Shown: positions 7,871 through 15,948, numbered from the stretch's first letter. The stretch is 32,000 bases of DNA from Candidatus Paracaedimonas acanthamoebae (GCA_000743035.1 CP008940.1:30001-62000); one strand, 5' to 3'. The notes: generated by a model from the sequence alone, not told the origin. Translations and numbers: made by a program.

Positions 7871-8347
7871 TCATTTCTTTCCAACAATAAACTTTTCCTT
7901 AATAGTATAAATTCTTTCTTCATGAGTAATTCTCTTAAGTAATTCTTCCTTATCTTCAAATAAAGTGCCTTTTGCAGAGTGAGCATGATGGTAATGTATT
8001 CCAAGAAGATATGCCCCCTTAAAGCTTGCGCCATTAATATTAGCATCTGTTAGATCTGACTTTTTCAACTTTGCTTTATGGAAGTTTACTTTAGAAAGAT
8101 TAGCACGGTGAAATAATGCTCCTGCCAAATTTGAGTGAGAAAAATTAGCCCCTCTCAAATTAGCACCCGTAAAATCAGCCCCTTTTAAATTCATATCTCT
8201 AAGATCTGCACCTTGTAAGTTAAACTCTACAGCACAAACCCGCTGACCAGCATTTACTTGTACATGCAAGCTTTTCAAATCTTCCTCATCAAAGGCATGA
8301 GCAAGGTGTACAAAAAAGAATAAAAGTAGGGAAAGGCTATGTTTCAT
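7871..8347 (-). CDS. exported pentapeptide-repeat protein
   Basis: Signal peptide MKHSLSLLLFFFVHLAHA. Contiguous A(D/N)LxX pentapeptides: GADLRDMNLKGADFTGANLRGANFSHSNLAGALFHRANLSKVNFHKAKLKKSDLTDANINGASFKGAYL. Confidence 0.8.
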   Translation of the reverse strand: MKHSLSLLLFFFVHLAHAFDEEDLKSLHVQVNAGQRVCAVEFNLQGADLRDMNLKGADFTGANLRGANFSHSNLAGALFHRANLSKVNFHKAKLKKSDLTDANINGASFKGAYLLGIHYHHAHSAKGTLFEDKEELLKRITHEERIYTIKEKFIVGKK

Positions 8348-8524
8348 GTTTCAATACTGTATTAGGAAAGCAGGATAAGCAAGGGATCCTATTAAAATTC
8401 AAATAAGCGCCCAAGCTTTGAAGCCAAAAAAACCTAGCATAACTTTCCAAAAATCAATCCTTAAAAATAATCCTTGATCCTTAACACAGTATCACAACCC
8501 TTTTGAAAGATAACAGGGCCCAGC

Positions 8525-8953
8525 TTAGGCTTTTATGCAATGCAAATAGTCATCTTTGCCATAATCAATAATTTTTTGATCCCTTGTAAGAAGCGGTATG
8601 CCAAGAACTCTTGCTGTTGCAACGATAATCCTATCAGCGGGATCACCGTGAAAATTCCCAGGAAGAGAAGCACTCTCAACAGTAACTTCTGGGGTGAGAG
8701 GATATAAAGTAATGCCTGGTGCCTCAAGACTTCTTTTGATCCAAGCCAAGCAAGGCTGATTCAAGAGTATTCTTCCTTTAGCGTGGAGCATGCTTACTTC
8801 CCAAAGAGAAATAGCGCTTATAGCAATAGCACCATCAATAAGACATGCCTCTATAACATTTCTTGCTTCTGAAGAAAGTTCTTTTTCTCCACTCATGAGC
8901 CACAGAAAAGCATGAGTATCTAAAATTAGTCGTATATCAGGATAATGCTGCAT
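8525..8953 (-). CDS. vapC: PIN-domain toxin VapC
   Basis: ILDTHAFLW...SLWEV...DPADRIIVATA...LTRD carries the conserved PIN acidic residues. ATG at 8953 is preferred over the track TTG at 8968. The gene overlaps the upstream antitoxin gene. Confidence 0.8.
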   Translation of the reverse strand: MQHYPDIRLILDTHAFLWLMSGEKELSSEARNVIEACLIDGAIAISAISLWEVSMLHAKGRILLNQPCLAWIKRSLEAPGITLYPLTPEVTVESASLPGNFHGDPADRIIVATARVLGIPLLTRDQKIIDYGKDDYLHCIKA

Positions 8954-9179
8954 CCCACTTTTCCTCAATTGGGCTAATGATGTCTCCCTTTACTTTGAGA
9001 GACTGTTTCATGAAACCAAAAAGAGAAGAGGGCGTCTCTGTATAAGGCACCAGTTTAGCAACAGGAACACCGCGCTTAGTGATAATGATAGTTTCATGCT
9101 TTTGTTCAGTGAGGTCCATGAGCTTTAAACATTTGGCTTTAAATTCACCTGCGCCAATTTGGATCATAGTTATCTCCAT
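8937..9179 (-). CDS. Phd/YefM-family antitoxin
   Basis: The sequence (MEIT)MIQIGAGEFKAKCLKLMDLTEQKHETIIITKRGVPVAKLVPY is typical of the Phd/YefM N-terminus. The gene overlaps vapC. An alternative ATG at 9167 lies behind GGAGA. Confidence 0.75.
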   Translation of the reverse strand: MEITMIQIGAGEFKAKCLKLMDLTEQKHETIIITKRGVPVAKLVPYTETPSSLFGFMKQSLKVKGDIISPIEEKWDAALS

Positions 9180-9182
9180 GAT

Positions 9183-9202
9183 TATATGTCTATAGTCATA
9201 TA
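9183..9202. promoter_or_regulatory. imperfect palindrome upstream of the antitoxin gene, candidate TA operator
   Basis: TATATGTCTA|TAGTCATATA matches 8/10 per half-site. It starts 4 nt upstream of the antitoxin start. The AT-rich context lowers its significance. Confidence 0.3.
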
Positions 9203-9436
9203 GTATACAATTATATATTTAAGAAGCAATAAATTTTTTAAATTCTTAAGGCCTTAAAAAGTATAAATAATAATATGCTAAAATTAGCTAGTTTCATAAT
9301 ATGAACCAGAAAGAATTTATACAAACTTTAAGATATTGTGAAACGCTATGGTAGTATCTGCTTCCTATATCGAAGGCAGGCTTGTTAGTAAGTTACTTAA
9401 AGTGGTTTTAATGATATGGCCTGAGGATCTTTAAGC

Positions 9437-9465
9437 TTGAAAAGGCCTAAGAGACTATATTTAAT
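9437..9465 (+). promoter_or_regulatory. sigma70-like promoter of the tandem RNase III gene
   Basis: TTGAAA (9437-9442), a 17-nt spacer, then TTTAAT (9460-9465), then 25 nt containing GGGGAG, then ATG 9491. The TTG used as ORF start in the track is the -35 hexamer. Confidence 0.45.
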
Positions 9466-9490
9466 TGTAAATTATAGGGGAGACATCAGT

Positions 9491-11440
9491 ATGATATACT
9501 TTACGCATAAATATTTATCTATTTTATTCTATGTTTTTTGCTTAATCCAAGCCTTACCAATCGCAGCAAGCCAAGAACAAGAAGATCAACTTAAAATACT
9601 TAAGGCACCTTTTGTAGGTCAGAGAGGAAAACAAAAAGCTCAAAGAGAGGAAGAAGGCGAGCCCAAAACGCTGGATTTCCACCATGGTTCTGCTAGTTCG
9701 AGTTCACTTGAAAGTATAGATATTTCTAAAGACGAGACGCAACTTCTCCGAGAACTGTCTCAAGAAATAGATTATACGTTCAAAAAGCCTGAGCTTTTAC
9801 ATTTAGCTTTAAGGCACAGTACCACTGATATTGGACATTCCCATTCATCGCGAGGATATGAACGTCTAGAATTCTTAGGTGATGCTGTCTTAGAGCATGT
9901 AATACGAGAATTTTTATGGAAGGATTTTCCGAAACTTAATGCCAATCAATTATCAAAAATTTGTTCTACACTTACCTGCAATGAAACTCTTGCTCACTTA
10001 TCAAAACACTTAAGACTTGCAGCAATATCTAAAAGATTAAAGCTATCCACCTTTACAAGAGAAGAAACCTTACAATCTCATCGACAAGCTGATTTTGTCG
10101 AATCCCTCATTGGCGCCATTTATAGCGATGGGGGAATAGAAGCAAGCCATAAATTTTTTAAGAGATATTATACAAGTGAAAGAGCTCCAACCTTTATTTC
10201 TAATATTATGAATTCTATCTCTCAAGAAGCTATTGAAGAAAGCCCGCTTTCTGCTTTATTCAGTAACAATCTTTATAAGAGAGCCTTTTATGAATTTTCT
10301 CAGTTTGAAGGCTTTCAATTTGTGGGGGAGGGCATCCTTAGATTTATTCTCCGTGATATGCTTTATCATCGCTTTCCTGAAAGCACAGAAGGGGAGCTTG
10401 TTCAAAAGTATAATAGTCTGATTTCTGCAGAAAGCTTATCTGCAATAGTAACGCAATATAACTTAAATCCTCACCTTAGTAAGCATTCTTTAAAATCATT
10501 TTTAGGCTTATTGTATCTTGATAAAGGGTTAGAATCAGTCCAAAACTTTATTCTTTGGCACTGGACAGGAGAAGAAGCTCCTAAAGCAGTTGTTGGTGCC
10601 CTTGAAAAAAGGATGGACTCAGTGCCTTCCCTTGAATCATCTTATTTTGTAAGCCTTCCTGCTCGTACCCAAATACAATTTACACCAAAAAATATTCTTC
10701 AAGAAGTTTTACAGATGCTGCGTGATGAGCCTTACTATTCTCATGAGAAAACAGGCCCAGATCATAATCCTACCTTTACAGTAACTGTTCAGTCTAAGTT
10801 AGAACACTTTAAGTCACTGCAAGGGCAGGCTGGTAGATTGCTTGACGCTCAACAAGAAGCAGCTCAAAAAGCTCTTGATATTTTATCTGTTAAAGTGTTG
10901 CTTACAACTATTGGAAACAAGGAAGACGCCGTTAAAAATGTGGGCTATTGCCTTAAGCTTTTAGAAGCTAAATTACGTTCCTTAGGCATTAGAGAATTTA
11001 GCTACCATAAAATTGCTAAAAGCCCTTATTTAAAGAACAATATTTATCGCTTTGAGCTTCAAGGGAAAAACGTTTATCCAACTTTTGGGGAAGACGAAAC
11101 TATAGAAGCGGCCTTATTACAAGCGCTGGGCAAAGGGATATTCAAACTGTGTAGGGCAGAATATAAGAAAGCTGCTCACAGTGTAAAAGGGACTCATCAA
11201 GATATCCCTTTAGAAGATAACCGCCTTATATTTTTAAAAAGTATTTTGGAAGAAACACTGAAGCCTCTAGGGTATGAAAACTTTACTTATATCCCTCATT
11301 CAAAAAGTAAAGAAAAAATACAGCCATATTTAGTATATGAGATTCAAGTCGGGAGTTTAAGACCGGCTAAAGGACAAGGGCTTACACCCCTTCAGGCTCA
11401 GATTAACGCATTACAAGGATTGCTGGATTCTATGGTCTAA
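9491..11440 (+). CDS. exported protein with two RNase III domains (first intact, second catalytically degenerate) and one canonical plus two probable dsRBD modules
   Basis: Signal peptide MIYFTHKYLSILFYVFCLIQALPIAA|SQEQED. Domain 1 carries ERLEFLGDAVLEHV (nt 9860-9883) and ADFVESLIGAIY. Domain 2 carries EGFQFVGEGILRFILRDMLYHRFPESTEGELVQKYNSLISAESL (signature at nt 10307-10330), with the distal acidic pair lost (HSLKSFLGLLYLD). dsRBD at nt ~10685-10888 (GPDHNPTFTVTVQ...AQQEAAQKALDIL). Two further similar modules lie at ~10931-11152 and ~11219-11434. Confidence 0.75.
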   Translation: MIYFTHKYLSILFYVFCLIQALPIAASQEQEDQLKILKAPFVGQRGKQKAQREEEGEPKTLDFHHGSASSSSLESIDISKDETQLLRELSQEIDYTFKKPELLHLALRHSTTDIGHSHSSRGYERLEFLGDAVLEHVIREFLWKDFPKLNANQLSKICSTLTCNETLAHLSKHLRLAAISKRLKLSTFTREETLQSHRQADFVESLIGAIYSDGGIEASHKFFKRYYTSERAPTFISNIMNSISQEAIEESPLSALFSNNLYKRAFYEFSQFEGFQFVGEGILRFILRDMLYHRFPESTEGELVQKYNSLISAESLSAIVTQYNLNPHLSKHSLKSFLGLLYLDKGLESVQNFILWHWTGEEAPKAVVGALEKRMDSVPSLESSYFVSLPARTQIQFTPKNILQEVLQMLRDEPYYSHEKTGPDHNPTFTVTVQSKLEHFKSLQGQAGRLLDAQQEAAQKALDILSVKVLLTTIGNKEDAVKNVGYCLKLLEAKLRSLGIREFSYHKIAKSPYLKNNIYRFELQGKNVYPTFGEDETIEAALLQALGKGIFKLCRAEYKKAAHSVKGTHQDIPLEDNRLIFLKSILEETLKPLGYENFTYIPHSKSKEKIQPYLVYEIQVGSLRPAKGQGLTPLQAQINALQGLLDSMV

Positions 11441-11664
11441 TTTCATGACTCTACCTTTTTTGCCAATCCTGCTAGTTTGCTCCCTTATTTCAAACCTGCA
11501 ACATGTATGTTGCTGAGGAGCCTATAAGAGAGTAGCTAAGCCTTGTAGGCTGGAAGAGGTGACTTTGAAGTTGCAACAAGCTACAAAATCTGAGGTTCTA
11601 ATAAGCCCTCTTCTAATTGATCTAGAGTTGAACAGCAGTTGTGTTAATAGTCAATAAAAAACAA

Positions 11665-12615
11665 TTAATATTGCTCACAAAAAATTCGTCCATCTCTCAC
11701 TAAAGCATTCGCAAGAATTAGTAATTTCCTCATTGCAGCAGTTGCAGCGATTTTGAATGGTTTCTTGGCTTGGGTGGTTAACCTGGTAAAGAAGCTCTTA
11801 ATATAACTGTTGAATTCCTTTGCAGAGATAATGGACATATAAAGGGCTTTCCTTATTTGCACTCTTCCACCTTGAATAAAGCGCTTACCTTGCTTTTTAC
11901 CACTATCCCAGTTAATAGGGGCAAGCCCTGCAAGCTTAGCTATTTGTTTTGCTGAAAGAGTACCAAGCTCTGGTAAATAACAAATCAGAGAAATAGCAAC
12001 TATTCTACCTATACCTGGTATGCTAATTAATAACTTATACTTTTGAGCTAAACCTGGTTCCTTTTTAAGGGCGTCTATCATTCCATTTTCTAAATCTTTT
12101 ACTTGGCACTCTAATACATCAATTAGCTTATCCATTTGCTTGACTATAGCTAGGTTAGTTATTTGCTGCTTCTGGATTTTTTGAATTTTCAATATCTCTA
12201 CTAATTGCTCTCTACGACACAAGAGTTCTTTTAAAAAGTTAGCATGATTGGGACTTAAAGCAGCAGCGCGCATATCTGGGTTACTTACATAGCGAGCAAT
12301 TAAGCTTGAATCAATTTTATCTGTCTTAGCTATGATACCTAGGCTTCTAGCATAATCTCTAACCCATTTAGCCTGAATAATATACACTTGTAAGCCATTT
12401 GCCAAAAGAGCATGAGCACAAAGTTTCTCATAACCGCCTGTAGCCTCAAACCCAACTTTAGTTACGTTATGCTGCTTAAGAAAGATAATGATCTCTTCAA
12501 AACTTTGAGCTGTATTATTGAATATCTTATAATTGCCAAGGGGATGAATATAAACATCTAGCTTGGTTTTGCTAACATCAATGCCAGCAACGATACTTAA
12601 TGAGCTCATAATCAT
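11665..12615 (-). CDS. IS110-family (DEDD) transposase; element boundaries not resolved
   Basis: N-terminus IVAGIDVSKTKLDVY...GFEATGGYE. C-terminal region IPGIGRIVAISLICYLPELG...GKRFIQGGRVQIRKALYMS...AAMRKLLILANAL. These are hallmarks of the IS110 family. Confidence 0.85.
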   Translation of the reverse strand: MIMSSLSIVAGIDVSKTKLDVYIHPLGNYKIFNNTAQSFEEIIIFLKQHNVTKVGFEATGGYEKLCAHALLANGLQVYIIQAKWVRDYARSLGIIAKTDKIDSSLIARYVSNPDMRAAALSPNHANFLKELLCRREQLVEILKIQKIQKQQITNLAIVKQMDKLIDVLECQVKDLENGMIDALKKEPGLAQKYKLLISIPGIGRIVAISLICYLPELGTLSAKQIAKLAGLAPINWDSGKKQGKRFIQGGRVQIRKALYMSIISAKEFNSYIKSFFTRLTTQAKKPFKIAATAAMRKLLILANALVRDGRIFCEQY

Positions 12616-12971
12616 CCTCTCATAGTCATTGATAGGTCACTTATACTATTTTTTCCTTACTTATATTCGAGTCTTATTACTCAATCAGTTGCTCGGAACT
12701 AAAGTATTTATTAAATAAAGAAGAAAACCAAGCTGTTCACCGGTCCTTGCTTGACTTGACCTAGTATCTGACGGTTCCTCTTCTCCTAGACGCTCTTATT
12801 TTATCCGATAACAGCGTACTCCCAACATATAAGTATCTTAAGAAAGGGTTCTACCTTAAACAAAACAATCTATCGTAATCTATCAACAGTGGGGTATCTC
12901 CTTATTTTTCAAACCAAGGTTACCTCAATATCTTGAATAAGTTAATGCTTATAGCTTATCCATAGTTCGAG

Positions 12972-13250
12972 TTAATAATTAGTTATTAGATCATCTTGTT
13001 GTACATCAGTTTTGCTTATTCGCTTGCCAACCCATACAGTATTGCCACGGATTTTAACAAGTGGATCTGTAATAGCTCTATTTTCCCAATATTCGCGTGT
13101 TGCTGTCGCTCTTGACCTAAGGGGAGCTTGAGGGGTCCACACAATATCATTCGACGCAAGTTGATTTAATGCAGGAGTTTTGTTTACTGAGTTATCTGAT
13201 GCCATAAGGGGGGATCCTAAAAACAGGGATAGTAGCAAGAAATTACGCAT
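12972..13250 (-). CDS. small hypothetical exported protein
   Basis: 92 aa with signal peptide MRNFLLLSLFLGSPLMA. No recognisable domain. Confidence 0.4.
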   Translation of the reverse strand: MRNFLLLSLFLGSPLMASDNSVNKTPALNQLASNDIVWTPQAPLRSRATATREYWENRAITDPLVKIRGNTVWVGKRISKTDVQQDDLITNY

Positions 13251-13754
13251 GGTTTGTTCCTTAAATTTGTAAATATGTTCAAGTAAGTCTATTCATGTCA
13301 GGTAGACTGGTGATTTTTAAATAAAATGTCGGATAAGAAATTTAATTAATGATTAGAAGACATGACTTTTACTCCTTAAAAATAGGTGAGTCACTCCCCT
13401 ATACCAAATAGTCATAATTTAAATGTATGCAAAAGAGAATTGTCATTTTGACATATCCGTTATGCAGAAATTGTTTAGGATTTAAAATAAGAAAAGTTTC
13501 TAAAACAAAAAGCAGAAGGCCAACAAGTTTAATACTAAACAATACTTACAGATCAGAATTGAAAAATTTCCCTTAGCTCAAACTTGCAATACATCCAGGT
13601 TTTAATACCCTAGCTTTAAGGAGTTCCACAATATGGTTAATACATGGATTCTCATAAACTCTTCAGCATTGTGGGAGGCTATGGTAATATTTGTTGACCC
13701 TGCTAAAGTCAGCACAGTGGGACAAGGCCAACAGTTATCAAGGTGAGCTAAAGG

Positions 13755-14147
13755 CTAGGGTTTAAAGCTGCGCCCTTGAGACCATTGGTTGTACATTTCC
13801 TTTCCTCTGTCTCGAAGGTGGTCAATTTCCTGCATCCTTTCTTCTTGGGAGCCACTAAAGAGCTCAGGGTGCTGCTTAAGGAGATGAGCTAAATTAAGAC
13901 AAGCAAGCTTATGACCTTTCCTTGCTGCTTTCTCATAATTCATGAAGGCGCCTTGTAAGTCCCCTTTTCTCTCAAGACAAAACCCTAAGCTATTTTGGGC
14001 AGGGGCACATCCTTGTTCTGCAGGGTGGCGATAGTAGCCTTCAGCTTCTTCAACGTTTCCCTTGATGTTCTAAAAGGCCCCCTAGATGGAGCTGTGCTTC
14101 TGTATTGCCTTGGCTGGCAGCTTGGCGGTAATAAAACTCGGCTTGAT
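13755..14147 (-). pseudogene. Sel1-repeat gene remnant, frameshifted and 5'-truncated
   Basis: Minus-strand Sel1 repeats AEFYYRQAASQGNTEAQLHLGGLLEHQGK read in one frame. NVEEAEGYYRHPAEQGCAPAQNSLGFCLERKGDLQGAFMNYEKAARKGHKLACLNLAHLL read in another. The switch and stop lie near nt 14066-14072. The reading frame is cut at the palindromic element at 14148. Confidence 0.7.
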
Positions 14148-14218
14148 CCATTGATCTTGCTACAAAAATCAAACCATCTCGGTTCACAATGTCTAAATTT
14201 TTGTAGCAAGATCAATGG
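14148..14218. repeat. 71-bp palindromic element: perfect 22-bp inverted repeats around a 27-bp core, related to the IS3-remnant right end at 3650-3713
   Basis: CCATTGATCTTGCTACAAAAAT (14148-14169) pairs with ATTTTTGTAGCAAGATCAATGG (14197-14218). The core and arms are ~88% identical over ~55 nt to nt ~3657-3713. The arms start TGATCTT... and end ...AAGATCA, like IS3-family termini. Confidence 0.7.
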
Positions 14219-14440
14219 TCGCAGGAATAAAGTTGAGAATACTTTTTACAGACTAAAGACGATCTTTGGGAGAAAACTTCATTCAAGAAACTGGAATAAT
14301 CAACAAGCAGAGACACATTTGATATGTTGCCTCCTTAACAAAATGACACAAGCTGGGATGCCACAGTCAGTTAAAGCAGATTGAAAAAGAGCATATTAAG
14401 GAGAGTTCCATCTAACCAACCGAATTAAGCAACAGGGCGG
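14219..14440 (+). mobile_element. IS5-family (IS903-group-like) 3' remnant: last ~55 codons of the transposase plus right inverted repeat
   Basis: RRNKVENTFYRLKTIFGRKLHSRNWNNQQAETHLICCLLNKMTQAGMPQSVKAD* resembles, from memory, the IS903 transposase C-terminus (...AETAMYRVKQLFG...ALNKMTKAGMPESVRIA). The end ...GCAACAGGGCGG resembles IS903-type GGCTTTGTTG IRs. Confidence 0.55.
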
Positions 14441-14442
14441 AG

Positions 14443-14707
14443 CTGAATAAGATTATTGAAGCTGGCCATGGTAAACTTAAGCGACTGATTAAACCAACAT
14501 TAGGATTTAATTCTTTAAGAACAGCTTATGCGACGATCAAAGGATTCAAGGTAATGAAGATGTTTAAAAAGGGATAGATTGGTCTTTGGAAGGATGGCCA
14601 AGAGCTTAAAGGAGAAATCCCTCTAGTTAACCAACAATTTAGTCTCTGTACAGCCTGAAACCTCAAAAAACCTAAACCTGGCCAATTATACTTCTTGCAC
14701 CAGGGCC
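14443..14707 (+). pseudogene. IS6-family 3' remnant (C-terminal third of the transposase plus right IR), with an in-frame stop
   Basis: Roughly 80% nt identity by eye to nt 17023-17290 of the intact copy. The translation LNKIIEAGHGKLKRLIKPTLGFNSLRTAYATIKGFKVMKMFKKG*IGLWKDGQ carries a premature stop. It ends in TTGCACCAGGGCC (IR-like). Confidence 0.8.
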
Positions 14708-14731
14708 ATCTTAAGCGCCTTAATATGCATT

Positions 14732-15307
14732 TTACTTTAATATAGTTTTCGCTATTGAAGCTAGCTTTACAATAGCAGGATTATGAAACTGCAAAGCTGA
14801 TTTATAAATCAATTCAACGCCTTCTGGATCAAATAATACCCCTGCTTTTAGTGCAATTTGTTCTATTCTCTCTTTTGAATCAAAATATTTACAGCCGAGT
14901 TCATATTGAGCTTTTGCATTACCTTTATTTGCTAAATCTAATAATTTTTCATTAAGTTTATTATTATTAATAGAGTTAGCCGTTTCTTCGAAGTCATACT
15001 GATTTTCACGTGTCTTTTGATTTATTATCGTATAAATTTTTTCAACCGCTTCTTTTTGACTATTTTTAGGATTCAGCGCTGCTTTTTCAAACCAATCTAC
15101 GGCTTCTCTTTGGTTGTTTTTTCTTTCAAAGTTGCTTTTATAATTACCCATCCATAACTGTGCTTTACTATCACCATTTACAGCAAGTGGCCTTGCCTTT
15201 CGAGGAGTTAATTGAGAATAATCAATTTCGCTTGATGCTCTGGCATAACTAGTTGCTAATGTTAATGCCAATAAGATTAAACTTATATATTTTATTTTTA
15301 TAGTCAT
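14732..15307 (-). CDS. exported Sel1-like repeat protein
   Basis: Signal peptide MTIKIKYISLILLALTLATSYARA. Sel1-like units GDSKAQLWMGNYKSNFERKNNQREAVDWFEKAA and GNAKAQYELGCKYFDSKER. Confidence 0.65.
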   Translation of the reverse strand: MTIKIKYISLILLALTLATSYARASSEIDYSQLTPRKARPLAVNGDSKAQLWMGNYKSNFERKNNQREAVDWFEKAALNPKNSQKEAVEKIYTIINQKTRENQYDFEETANSINNNKLNEKLLDLANKGNAKAQYELGCKYFDSKERIEQIALKAGVLFDPEGVELIYKSALQFHNPAIVKLASIAKTILK

Positions 15308-15461
15308 CGTACTCCCCTTATGAATTTCTTTAAGTAAAAACTTTCTTTATGATTAATTAGTCTACTTTAACTATTATAAGAGTCAATAAGAAAAGCTTAT
15401 AAATATGGCAAAATCCAACGCCTGCTAATCTTAGGGAGTTCTGCAATATATCTCATATAGA

Positions 15462-15527
15462 GGCCATATTTCCAAAGACCCATCTGTCCCTTTCTTGATG
15501 CTTAAATCATCTCAAATGTCGCATAAA
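15462..15527 (-). pseudogene. short IS6-family transposase scrap (inverted relative to the other copies)
   Basis: The reverse complement contains CTTATGCGAC ... AAAGGGACAGATGGGTCTTTGGAAATATGGCC. This matches nt ~17102-17175 of the intact IS6 copy (KKGQMDLWKY) with an internal deletion. Confidence 0.4.
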
Positions 15528-15558
15528 TTAGTTGCAAATATTAAAAGGAATGTAGGGC

Positions 15559-15948
15559 TCATCTAATAAGTCTGATATCAATATTATCTAGCTGCAATTC
15601 TTTCCAGATCTTGTCGGCAGTATAGATAGGGAGCTGTAATTTTTGTCCAAGAGCAATGCAAGCTCTGTCTCCTAATGAGAGGCCATAAGATTTAGTTTTT
15701 TTTCTAAGATCTGCCGTCAGCAAAGCAAATTCTTCATCATAAGGCACAATTGCTGAAATAAAAGGTAAAACGGTGTCTTGACATTCTTGTAGGGTCATTT
15801 CTGAATTGAGTAATACAGTAGCGACTTCAGAAAGGTTTATGCTCGACATTATGATTTTACCAAGGAGAGATTCAACGATATCTGCGCCTGGTTCATTTTT
15901 AAGGAGGGCAAGAAGAGCTGAAGAGTCTAGAATAACATTAGTGCTCAT
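15559..15948 (-). CDS. vapC: PIN-domain toxin VapC (second, unrelated copy)
   Basis: MSTNVILDSSALLALL...NLSEV...LSLGDRACIALG...IYTADK carries the PIN acidic residues. ATG at 15948 is preferred over the track start 15984. It overlaps the antitoxin stop by 11 nt. Confidence 0.8.
   Translation of the reverse strand: MSTNVILDSSALLALLKNEPGADIVESLLGKIIMSSINLSEVATVLLNSEMTLQECQDTVLPFISAIVPYDEEFALLTADLRKKTKSYGLSLGDRACIALGQKLQLPIYTADKIWKELQLDNIDIRLIR

Noticed and set aside
7104-8046. Small ORFs 7104-7286, 7376-7570, 7405-7599, 7858-8046, and likewise 8533-8727, 10233-10421, 15806-15991, 17077-17283, 18894-19124, 19301-19594, 21058-21258, 21472-21684, 21892-22098, 22832-23062, 23109-23363, 23189-23521, 24408-24635
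   Set aside because: Each is fully embedded in, or antisense to, a longer ORF with clear family motifs. None has independent support.
8505-8518. AACAGGGCC next to the vapC stop as a solo IS6 inverted repeat
   Set aside because: Only a 9-nt match. The expected chance occurrence in 64 kb of two-strand sequence is not negligible (about 0.2), and the adjacent bases do not extend the IR match.
9437-9490. TTG at 9437 as the start of the RNase III ORF (track coordinates 9437..11440)
   Set aside because: The TTG is part of a good -35 hexamer, TTGAAA. ATG 9491 is preceded by GGGGAG and begins the signal peptide, which is homologous to that of the Smr gene.
13995-14384. 129-aa ORF as a real gene
   Set aside because: It is a chimera. 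It reads antisense through the Sel1 pseudogene, then through the palindromic element, and only its last ~55 codons are genuine (IS903-like) coding sequence.
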